From positions 416,001-480,000 of the forward strand of contig CAVXKA010000003.1 in NCBI GenBank assembly GCA_963762255.1: DNA of 64,000 nt. Direction: 5' to 3'. The translations under genes were made by a program, and so were the position numbers. The notes under the pieces are model-generated. The model worked only from the letters and a program-made list of their open reading frames with translations, had not been told where the DNA came from and ran no database searches. The DNA comes from Candidatus Eiseniibacteriota bacterium (GTDB taxonomy: Bacteria; Eisenbacteria; RBG-16-71-46; JABDJR01). How positions within the stretch are numbered: position 1 is the stretch's first letter; the number at the start of each line of letters is the position of its first letter. Positions 18,201-25,836 of this stretch are shown piece after piece.

Positions 18201-19466
18201 CCTAGGGACAGGAGAGACAGCCCTGATTTCGTGCTTTAGGTGGTCGGTGAAACGATGCCCGATCTCGCGGATCTCGGCCTCACGCCCGGCTTGGACCAAG
18301 TGATAACGGACTTCCGCGAACGATTCCCCTAGCGTAGCTTGACTGCCAACAATGTGCTTCGCCTTGAAATGGCGCAGATGGTAATCGGCCGCCCCCGAAT
18401 GAGCCTGCTTGTATTCCGCAGGCTCCTCCTTCAGGTGACTGAGGGAGATTTCCCGAACGATCGGATTCAGGGATAGCACACCACTTCGGAAGTTGATGAG
18501 GTAGCGAGTGATCAGAATCGTCCGCAGTCGCGCCGCCTCGTCTTTGCTGCCGCAAGTCCTTTCAAGCGCCTCGCGCTTGAAACTTCGCCGGTGGACCGCG
18601 AGACGCCAGAGTTTCTTCTGGTGAGCCATATCCAGGTGCTTCAGTGTCCGCTCCAACAAGTCGCGCTCAAGAGTATCGAGAAACTCCCGTGACACTACCC
18701 GGTCTTTGGTTTCCCAGAGGCCTGGTTTGCTGCCCATAATCTCGTCCAGAGAATCGTAGGCAAGCGCGCCGACCAATGCCTCGATTGCCCTCGGGTTGTA
18801 GTCCAATGCCTTTACCAAGTCCTGTTTGCGCTCCGGCAGCTCATCCAACACCACATCGGAGTCCTCGAGTTTGCTCTCGAGTGCTTCGATTGCTTCCTCC
18901 GGCTCGAGCTTTGTCAGAGTCCGTTTCGGAATCCATTCTGACCATCTTGCATTCTCCACGAGACGGTCACTGAGCAGTAGTAGGCGACCTGGTAAGTTCT
19001 GGCGATTGCGGAGGAAGGAAACAACGTTGTTCAGCTCAGGCAAGGGGCTCCCTGAGTCTGGCATGAAGAACCTCTGGGCTTCATCCAAGATGATGACGAC
19101 CGGGCGGCTAAGCGCCTCCTCCAGTGCAAAGGCAAGGTTCGGACTCGTCTCTTCGAAGAGCACACGTTCCATCTCGGGTAGTCCTTGACGGCTTAGGCTT
19201 GCTGATAACTCCATCAAGCCCTCAATCACCGATGGCGTCGGCCGGTCGGAGATCTCATTGATGACGGTATGCTCCCAGCATTCCCTCTTCTGTGCCGCGT
19301 CGCGCAGGTCTCGAGCAAGATCAGTCTTCCCCACACCTGAGAAACCCTGGAGAAAACACACGGGCGGCCCGGTCGTGAGCCACACGTTCACCAACCAGTC
19401 GAGATTCTCGGCGCGATTACGACCGATGTACTTCTTCAGCATGAAAGTCACACCCATCTGGATCAT
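15252..19466 (-). CDS. STAND-like NTPase - TPR repeat - TIR protein (NLR-like, C-terminal TIR)
   Basis: GFSGVGKT Walker A, VIILDE Walker B, YNPRAI (GxP-like position), ~12 TPR-like repeats, C-term IYVSYAW...VAVISEKSLHSEFCMAHEL TIR. Intact 1404 aa; start may be 19442. Confidence 0.85.
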   Translation of the reverse strand: MIQMGVTFMLKKYIGRNRAENLDWLVNVWLTTGPPVCFLQGFSGVGKTDLARDLRDAAQKRECWEHTVINEISDRPTPSVIEGLMELSASLSRQGLPEMERVLFEETSPNLAFALEEALSRPVVIILDEAQRFFMPDSGSPLPELNNVVSFLRNRQNLPGRLLLLSDRLVENARWSEWIPKRTLTKLEPEEAIEALESKLEDSDVVLDELPERKQDLVKALDYNPRAIEALVGALAYDSLDEIMGSKPGLWETKDRVVSREFLDTLERDLLERTLKHLDMAHQKKLWRLAVHRRSFKREALERTCGSKDEAARLRTILITRYLINFRSGVLSLNPIVREISLSHLKEEPAEYKQAHSGAADYHLRHFKAKHIVGSQATLGESFAEVRYHLVQAGREAEIREIGHRFTDHLKHEIRAVSPVPRHPEELDERIGVLSVLLEGGGAKGLEYHLARCLQTRGRVGDIERAIIHAERAASGGGPEVSWTLLVKLQHQAVGVDAAMRTIRNALRTRHHRTDAAPLYRLGAELLSGAGKTDEAVVLLKEGLRVIPANKNLFSLYQSCAEMLGRAGKTGEAVVLLKEGLRVIPADKNLFSLYQSCAEMLGLEGKTDEAVVLLKEGIKVPGMTSLFSLYQSCAEMLGRAGKTDEAVVLLKEGLRVIPADKNLFSLYQSCAEMLGRAGKMDEAVVLLKEGLRVIPADKNLFSLYQSCAEMLGLEGKTDEAVVLLKEGIKVPGMTSLSSLYQSCAEMLGRAGKTDEAVALLKEGLRVIPAGKNLFSLYQSCAEMLGLEGKTDEAVVLLKEGIKVPGMTSLFSLYQSCAEMLGRAGKTDEAVALLKEGIEVPGMTSHSSLYQSCAEILGRAGKTDEAVVLLKEGLRVIPAGKNLFSLYQSCAEMLGRAGKTDEAVALLKEGIKVPGMTSLSSLYQSCAEILGRAGKTDEAVVLLKEGLRVIPADKNLFSLYQSLGEVFCRAGKPSEAIAVQIEGLKRIPEQFGRQQVVEGALLLCVGAGESTQLANLLAESGPAALSRSQVTLGRVLECQDRGDWAGAAELAKSARVEFPRYFALAAQEALSRLASRDSEGAHRALSEFPHAAFGRGETSGWLAAFIHLRRGARSEACDALAAYLGRPADERQELSETYLLRLWDQQETSREDGRLCFHFPIIPASLTGLKQDVRRFPFAAPVLPFQPGLITVSDLPPAPVARTTAPEIYVSYAWGEDSSASGRQREEIVDRLCAAVEKSGRVIGRDKERMRGGDSIEHFAQEVARAKRIVAVISEKSLHSEFCMAHELFQAFRRCAYHRAEFQEKVIALVMDDATPLLNDNHAIVALTKVWQGRLEKFRAELQDVDPTRKSTDLWVFVDLMEEMCPRLPAMLGALKDIVMKRGFEEIVKDGFREVLDRLPARTEA
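16585..17879 (-). repeat. Intragenic tandem array of 108/111-bp units (36/37-aa TPR-like repeats)
   Basis: Eleven full units plus partial flanks of xxSLYQSCAExLGxxGKxDEAVxLLKEG, each followed by LRVIPAxKN or IxVPGMTS; near-identical at DNA level. Confidence 0.95.
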
Positions 19467-19651
19467 GTCCTATGCGCGATGTCCGTGCTCATGCATCTTA
19501 CTGGCCCCCCTCGCCGGCGGGCACTACCCTGGAGCCTGTTGTCTGAGGCAGCATAAGCTCTGCCGAATGGCGCCGTCCTCCCCAAATGCACGCACCGCCG
19601 GTACAAGTCCAACGTTTACTAACGCTTGCCTTGCTGGCTGAGCTGCGACCG

Positions 19652-21376
19652 TCAGTGAAGCAACCAGACAAAGACAACAGAACCCCACCAAACCCCCACC
19701 ACCCCCACCCCCACCACCGCCCTCCTCAACTTCTCGTGCCTATCGAACAACCGCACGAACTCCGACTCGTGCCTTCCGCCCTTGGCCTTCACCACCACCG
19801 CCAGCGCCCGCCGCTCGGCAGAAGACCACCCCTCAACCCCCTCCAGCGCCATGACCAAGGGACTCCACCGCTCCCACGCCTGCCGCTCCCCCGCATCGAA
19901 GCCGCGCAGCGACTTCAGACCCAGCAGCTTCATGGCCTCGCGGGAGCAGACGCGCAGACCTTCCTCGCGCGAGGAGCCAAACCGCCCAGCCAGATACCGC
20001 GACACCCCCACCCCGATCTCCCCCAGCGGCAACCGCCCCATCACATCGGCCCGCGGTCGCCCCGTGTAGTAGAAGACGCTCTTCGCCGAGAGCCGCTGTA
20101 ACGTTCGCGTATCGGACCGGTGCCGCGGGTCATGCTTCATGGCGCGAAGCTCCCCCTCCAGCACCCGCAGCACCTCGGCATCATGCGGCCGGAATCCCAA
20201 CTTGTAGTAGAACCACCACGCACCGGACTTGAGCCCCTCGGCGTTGTCATGCCCGAGCTGATACGGATCGATGGTGAACGCTTCCGCGCCAAAGACGTGC
20301 CGCGCCGCCGCAAGCACCCGCCCGTAGACGTACCCGCTCTCCCCGCCGCGAAACGTCTCGAATACGTTGTACGCGATCTCCGACGAGTTGAAGAGCGAGC
20401 TCACCAGCACGTAGCCCAGCGGCACCCCGTTCTTGAGCATGAGAAACGCGTACACCGCCTCCAGCATCAACCGCCGCTCGGGCATGAGCCCGATACATGC
20501 GAACTGGAGTCCGTCGCCGCACTCGATCATGCGGACGTCGCGCGGGTCGGGGTACTTGAACGAGTAGAGGTCGCGCGCTCGGGTCACCATCGACTCGCGA
20601 GCGAGATCGATCAACGCCTCCGCCTCGCGGGGTTCCACGTCCACCACCGCCAGGGGCGTGCGACGCAACTCTCGACGCAGATCCGGCCGCTCTAACCGCA
20701 ACGCGCGCCGCTGAAACGAGACTCGCGATCCCGCGAACCGCGCATGCGTGCGGTTGGGTGTGCCCGGCCCGGGCCTGAGCCGGTACGGCACGTCGAAGTC
20801 CTCGTAGTGCTTTTCGCGGGTGAACGCGTCGCCGGGCTCGGTCTCGAACCGCTTCACAAGGAACGCGCCGTCCGTCGCCTGGGGCCCCCGCAGCAACTCA
20901 ATCCACTTGCGCGGCCCAGCGGAGTAGTTGTCCAAAGCAACCGTCTCCGTGAACGGCATGATCAACGACAGGTACTCGGTCAGCCCATCCGACTTCGTGA
21001 ATGCCGGCCAGTCGATGCGCAGGCTCTCCGGCCATCGATGCGCGAGCCATCGCGCGGTCGGCCAGTAGAACGAGTAGTTGATGACCGTCCCCGCGACACC
21101 GGTGTCAGCGAGCTCGCCGCGCAGCCGACGCAGGTCGCGCCGCTTCTCGAACTCGGCCAGAAGGCGCTCCGCCTCGGCAAGCACCTTCGGCCCGTCCGGA
21201 TACGCGCGCAGGAAGCAGAGCAGTTCGTGGAATCGCAGGAGCGCGCTCGCCCGCGCGAAGCTCGCCCGATCGAGCGCGCGCAACAGCGCGACCTTCTGCG
21301 CTGCCGCATCCCCACCATAGGCGAACTTCAGGGCCTCGAGGTCCTTGAGCAGCGCGATCGGCGATTTCACGGCCAT
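19652..21376 (-). CDS. Hypothetical protein, 574 aa, with possible GNAT-like C-terminal region
   Basis: Long ORF with native codon usage and RBS; motif NVFETFRGG...AWWFYYKLGF. Confidence 0.7.
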   Translation of the reverse strand: MAVKSPIALLKDLEALKFAYGGDAAAQKVALLRALDRASFARASALLRFHELLCFLRAYPDGPKVLAEAERLLAEFEKRRDLRRLRGELADTGVAGTVINYSFYWPTARWLAHRWPESLRIDWPAFTKSDGLTEYLSLIMPFTETVALDNYSAGPRKWIELLRGPQATDGAFLVKRFETEPGDAFTREKHYEDFDVPYRLRPGPGTPNRTHARFAGSRVSFQRRALRLERPDLRRELRRTPLAVVDVEPREAEALIDLARESMVTRARDLYSFKYPDPRDVRMIECGDGLQFACIGLMPERRLMLEAVYAFLMLKNGVPLGYVLVSSLFNSSEIAYNVFETFRGGESGYVYGRVLAAARHVFGAEAFTIDPYQLGHDNAEGLKSGAWWFYYKLGFRPHDAEVLRVLEGELRAMKHDPRHRSDTRTLQRLSAKSVFYYTGRPRADVMGRLPLGEIGVGVSRYLAGRFGSSREEGLRVCSREAMKLLGLKSLRGFDAGERQAWERWSPLVMALEGVEGWSSAERRALAVVVKAKGGRHESEFVRLFDRHEKLRRAVVGVGVVGVWWGSVVFVWLLH

Positions 21377-21410
21377 CCCGAGCCCCTCCCCTGGGTAGGA
21401 TGGCTGGACT

Positions 21411-22820
21411 TTACTTCAAGTTCACCGCTTTTGACAGAACGTGCGCCGTGCAGCAGGTCAGCTTCTTTGCCGCCGGGATGTGCAGGAACTCGTTCGGTCC
21501 GTGCGCGTTCGACTGCGGCCCCAGCACGCCGGTGATGAGGAACTGCGCCTTGGGGAACTTCTCCCCCAGCATGGCCATGAAGGGGATCGAGCCTCCCTCG
21601 CCCATGAAGCACGCGGGCTTGCCGAAGTACGTCTTGGACGACTCGTCGAGCGCCTTATCCAACCACGGGGCCAGCGGCGGCGCGTCCCACCCGCTTCCCG
21701 GTCCCTCGGGATCGAACCGCACGGCGGCGCCGTACGGAGGATCGCTCTCCAGGACCTGCTTCACCTTCGCCAGCGCCCGCACCGGATCCGCGCGCGGCGG
21801 AAGCCTGAGCGACAGCTTGAGCGTGGTGAAGGCGCGCAGCACGTTCCCCGCGCCGGCGGAGGCCGGCAGACCGTCCCCGCCCACCACTGCGAGGTTCGGA
21901 CGCCACGTGTTGTTGAGAATAAGCTCGGCGAGGTCATCGCCCATCGGCTTCATCCCCGGCATCATCGGCCAGTCGCTGTAGACGGTATCGCCGAGGACCT
22001 TCGCCACCTCCGTGATTTCCTTCCTGCGCGCGGCAGGGATGTCCACGTGGAACTCGGGCAGGAGGATCTCACCGGTGTGCTCGTCTTCGATGCGGCTCAG
22101 AAGCGCGCGCGCGATGCGGAAGCTGGAAGGGACCACGCCCCCCGCGCCCCCCGAGTGCGCGCCCTCGCGCAGCACCTGCACGGTGAGCCTTCCGGCGACG
22201 AGACCCCGTAGCGAGGTCGTGGACCAGAGCTGATCGTAGTTGCCGGCACCGGAGTCGAGGCAAACGATGAGGCTCGGCACGCCGATCCGCGCCTTCAGGT
22301 GCTCGATGTAATCGGGAAGATCGGGGCTGCCGCTCTCCTCCGACGCCTCGATCAGGACTACGCAGCGCGCGTGCGGGAGACCCTGCGCTTGCACCGCCTC
22401 GATCGCCGCCAACGCCGTGTAAGCGGCGTATCCGTCGTCGGCGCCCCCGCGCCCGTAGAGCTTCCCGTCTTCGATGACCGGCGTCCACGGCCCGAGGCCT
22501 TCGCGCCAACCGGTGACCGGCGGCTGCTTGTCCATGTGCCCGTACAGCATGACCGTCTCCGCGGTCTTGCCCGGGATCTCCATGAAGAGGAGCGGTGAGC
22601 GGCCGGGGAGTTTGACGATCTCTAGCTTCATGCCCGGGATCTCGCGGGCGCCGCACCATTCGGCGATGAGGCGCATGGCCCGATCGATGTGGCCGGTCTT
22701 CTCCCACTCCTTGTCGAAGTCGGGGGAGAGCGCGGGGATGGTGATGTACTCCTTGAGCGAGGGAAGGATGTCCCGATCCCACATCGCCTCCACGAAACCC
22801 TGCGTCTTCTTCACGTCCAT
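21411..22820 (-). CDS. M20 family metallopeptidase (dipeptidase-like)
   Basis: YGHMDKQP, GRGGADD, EASEESGS, HSG, NAHGPNE. Confidence 0.92.
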   Translation of the reverse strand: MDVKKTQGFVEAMWDRDILPSLKEYITIPALSPDFDKEWEKTGHIDRAMRLIAEWCGAREIPGMKLEIVKLPGRSPLLFMEIPGKTAETVMLYGHMDKQPPVTGWREGLGPWTPVIEDGKLYGRGGADDGYAAYTALAAIEAVQAQGLPHARCVVLIEASEESGSPDLPDYIEHLKARIGVPSLIVCLDSGAGNYDQLWSTTSLRGLVAGRLTVQVLREGAHSGGAGGVVPSSFRIARALLSRIEDEHTGEILLPEFHVDIPAARRKEITEVAKVLGDTVYSDWPMMPGMKPMGDDLAELILNNTWRPNLAVVGGDGLPASAGAGNVLRAFTTLKLSLRLPPRADPVRALAKVKQVLESDPPYGAAVRFDPEGPGSGWDAPPLAPWLDKALDESSKTYFGKPACFMGEGGSIPFMAMLGEKFPKAQFLITGVLGPQSNAHGPNEFLHIPAAKKLTCCTAHVLSKAVNLK

Positions 22821-23036
22821 CGTCGCACCCCTTCCCTTGGAGAAACCGGCCGGCCGGGCCCGATCCCCGGGTCTTTCGGGGGCTCGGCCGTAGGAGGCAG
22901 CATAGCCTGGGGGCTATCCCCCCGGGCAAGCGGATCGTGCTACAGTATTGCGCTTGTTGAGCCGCCAGTTCATTCGGTTCTCGTTCATTGGATTATCCAC
23001 GGCGGCGCTTTGTCCCCAGCAAAGGATTGTCACCGG

Positions 23037-24695
23037 ATGCGGATTTCAGGCCGACTTTGCTTTGTCGTTGTATTTTCTCTAGCGCTCGGCGTCGGGCTGG
23101 CTGCCGCGCCGGGTCAGGTCGCCGCGCAGGCTCAGGCTGCCGCGCCGCCCGACGCGCAGACTCAGGCGCCGGGTGACGCTCAGCCCCAGGCCCTCTCCTC
23201 CGGCGCCAACCCGGACAGCGCCCTTGCGGTGACGCTGGCCGGGATCGCCGGCGCTCCCCTCACGCTCGCCGACGCGTTCCGCTCGGCGGAGGAGAACGCC
23301 ACCTCGCTGCGGGACGCGGAGGCCGTTCTTGAAGGAGCGCGCGCATCCGTGCGCCGCGAGCGCGGCGGTTTCGACCCCGAACTCTTCGCGCGCGGCACGA
23401 TCGCGAGCGACGACAGCCCCACCGCGTCGTTCTTCTCCGGGGCCGACGTGCTGAAGACCGAGGAGACCTCGATCGAGGGGGGCGCGCGCATGCGGCTTCC
23501 CCTGGGCACCGAGCTCGAAGCGTCCCTCAACACGACGCGCGCGAAGACGAATTCGTCGTTTGCCTCGCTCGATCCGCAGGTCAACACGCACGGAGAACTC
23601 TCGCTTCGCCAGCCGCTGTTGGCCGGGTTCGGGCCGGCCGCGCGGCAGGCTCTCTCCGCGGCCGAGCGCGCGCTGGCTGCCGCCGAAGCACGCGAGCGCG
23701 ATGCGCGGCTGGCCATCGAGTCCGACGTGACCGCGGCCTACTGGGAGGTGTACGCGGCCGAGCGCGATCTGGCGGTCCGGCTCCTTCTGCGCGATCAGGC
23801 ACGCGCGCTCCTGAGCGACGCGGAGACGCGCGCACGGGCCGGCCTCGTGGGTCCGAACCAGCCGGCCAATGCGCGGGTCTTCCTCGCGGAGCAGGAGATC
23901 GGCGCGCTGGATGCGGAAGAGCGTCTCGACCGCTTCTCCGACACGCTGGCGTCGTTGATCGGCGAGCGCCCCGCCGAGGGCTCGGCGCGCTTCCGCCCCA
24001 TCGACGAACCGCCCGCCGACTACCCGGCCCCGCCGGTCGATGAGGCGGTCGCGGAGGCGGTACGCCGTAACTACGAGCTCCAGGCCCAGCGCGCGACGGT
24101 GGAGCAGGTGCGAGGCCTGGCCGGCGCCGCGCGATGGAACGCGCTTCCCACGCTGGACCTGGTCGGCGCCCTGGGCGGTAACGGTCTCTCCGGCACCGGG
24201 CGCGACGTGATCTTCGGCGCCGACACGCTGCGCACCGACGTGCGCGGCGGCTTCAGCGACACCTGGGCGCAGGTCCGCGAGCGCAAGTACCCGACCTGGA
24301 GCGTGGGGCTCGAGCTCACCTTCCCTATCGGGCTCCGCGAGGGGCGCGGCGAGCGCGATCGCTTGCGGAGCGAGGTGGCGCGCGCCGAGCAGCAGGTGAC
24401 GGCGAGCGAGCGCTACCTCGAGGAGCGCGTCCGCGAGTCGCACCGAGAACTCGTGCACGGCGCCCGACGCCTCGCCGCGGCCCGCGAAGGAGTGGCCGCC
24501 TCGCAGGATCAGGTCCGCATCGGCCTCGTTCAGTACCGCCACGGCCAGACCACCGCCTTCGAGCTGGTGCGGTTGGGGGCCGACCTCGCTTCCGCCCAAC
24601 AGCGCTACTCGCAGGCCCTGGTGAGCACCGCCAAGGCCGCCGCTTCGCTTCGTTATCTGACCTCGGGCGCCGACTTCGCCGCCCAAGAACCATAG
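23037..24695 (+). CDS. TolC-family outer membrane efflux protein
   Basis: Signal peptide from ATG 23037, OEP-type motifs (LSLRQPLL, LPTLDL, LELTFPIG), directly upstream of MFP and RND genes. Confidence 0.88.
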   Translation: MRISGRLCFVVVFSLALGVGLAAAPGQVAAQAQAAAPPDAQTQAPGDAQPQALSSGANPDSALAVTLAGIAGAPLTLADAFRSAEENATSLRDAEAVLEGARASVRRERGGFDPELFARGTIASDDSPTASFFSGADVLKTEETSIEGGARMRLPLGTELEASLNTTRAKTNSSFASLDPQVNTHGELSLRQPLLAGFGPAARQALSAAERALAAAEARERDARLAIESDVTAAYWEVYAAERDLAVRLLLRDQARALLSDAETRARAGLVGPNQPANARVFLAEQEIGALDAEERLDRFSDTLASLIGERPAEGSARFRPIDEPPADYPAPPVDEAVAEAVRRNYELQAQRATVEQVRGLAGAARWNALPTLDLVGALGGNGLSGTGRDVIFGADTLRTDVRGGFSDTWAQVRERKYPTWSVGLELTFPIGLREGRGERDRLRSEVARAEQQVTASERYLEERVRESHRELVHGARRLAAAREGVAASQDQVRIGLVQYRHGQTTAFELVRLGADLASAQQRYSQALVSTAKAAASLRYLTSGADFAAQEP

Positions 24696-24705
24696 GAAGA
24701 AAACA

Positions 24706-25836
24706 ATGGTCGCGATCCTGAAACAGCACATTGCACTGCGTACTGCATCGTCGGCTCTCGCCGCCGGTGCTCTCGTTCTGACCCTCGCCCTCGTGCCCGG
24801 ATGCGCGAAGAAGGCCGGAGGCGCCGGCGGCGGGTTCGCCATGCCGCCCACCCCGGTGGAGACGGCGACCGTCTCACCGCGCTCGGTGATCGACCGCTTC
24901 GAGACGGTGGGCACCATCGAGGCCGGCGAGGCGGTCACCATCGTGGCCGAGATCGACGGCACGGTGGAGAGCATCCCCTTCCATGAAGGGGATACCATCG
25001 CCCGCGGCGGCTTGATCGCGCGGATGGACGACCGGCAGCTTGCCGCCGACCGCGACCGCGCCGAGGCGATCCGCGACCAGGGCCGCTCGACCTTCGCGCG
25101 CGTGAAGGCGGTCGTGGATCAGGGCGCGGGAGCCCCGCAGGATCTCGACGACGCCGCCGCGAACCTGAAGGTGGCGGAAGCGAACCTCGCGCTGGCCGAG
25201 GCGCGCCTCGACAAGGCACGCGTGACCGCGCCGTTCTCGGGCATCATCGGCGCCCGGCGCATCAGCCCCGGCGCGTATCTCCGCACCGGCGACGCGATCA
25301 CCGATCTCGCCCAGATCGAGGAGATCCGCGTCACCTTCTCCGCACCGGAGCGCTACCTGGGCAAGCTGCAGCAGGGCTCCACGGTGCAGGTCAGCACCAC
25401 CGCCTATCCGGGGTACGCGCTGGAAGGCGTCATCAACGTCATCGATCCCGTCCTCGACCCCGGCACGCGCAGCGCGCGGGTCGTCGCCCGCGCGAAGAAC
25501 CCGGAAGGCAAGTTCCGCCCCGGCATGTCGGCCAACATCACGACCGTGCTCGCGCAGCGTGAGGGCGCGCTCACCGTGCCGAGCGAAGCCGTGGTGGTGG
25601 AGGGCAACCAGGCCTTCGTCTACGTGGTCAACGCCGACAGCTCGGTGGTGCGTACGCCGCTCACTCTCGGGACACGCATGTCCGACGCGGTCGAGGTCGT
25701 GGACGGAGTGACCGCCGGAACCGTGGTGGTGCGCGCCGGCCATCAGAAGCTCTACCCCGGCGCCAAGGTCATGCCGGTCCAGAGCGGTGCCGCGCCTTCG
25801 GGAGGCGCGCCCGCGGCGGAGGGGGCCCGCCCATGA
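24706..25836 (+). CDS. RND efflux periplasmic adaptor (membrane fusion lipoprotein)
   Basis: Lipobox-like VPGC, AEIDG, APFSG, FRPGM motifs; overlaps the RND start codon. Confidence 0.92.
   Translation: MVAILKQHIALRTASSALAAGALVLTLALVPGCAKKAGGAGGGFAMPPTPVETATVSPRSVIDRFETVGTIEAGEAVTIVAEIDGTVESIPFHEGDTIARGGLIARMDDRQLAADRDRAEAIRDQGRSTFARVKAVVDQGAGAPQDLDDAAANLKVAEANLALAEARLDKARVTAPFSGIIGARRISPGAYLRTGDAITDLAQIEEIRVTFSAPERYLGKLQQGSTVQVSTTAYPGYALEGVINVIDPVLDPGTRSARVVARAKNPEGKFRPGMSANITTVLAQREGALTVPSEAVVVEGNQAFVYVVNADSSVVRTPLTLGTRMSDAVEVVDGVTAGTVVVRAGHQKLYPGAKVMPVQSGAAPSGGAPAAEGARP

Noticed and set aside
19467-19651. tRNA or att site at the island's right boundary
   Set aside because: No cloverleaf or repeat found, and the other boundary is outside the window.
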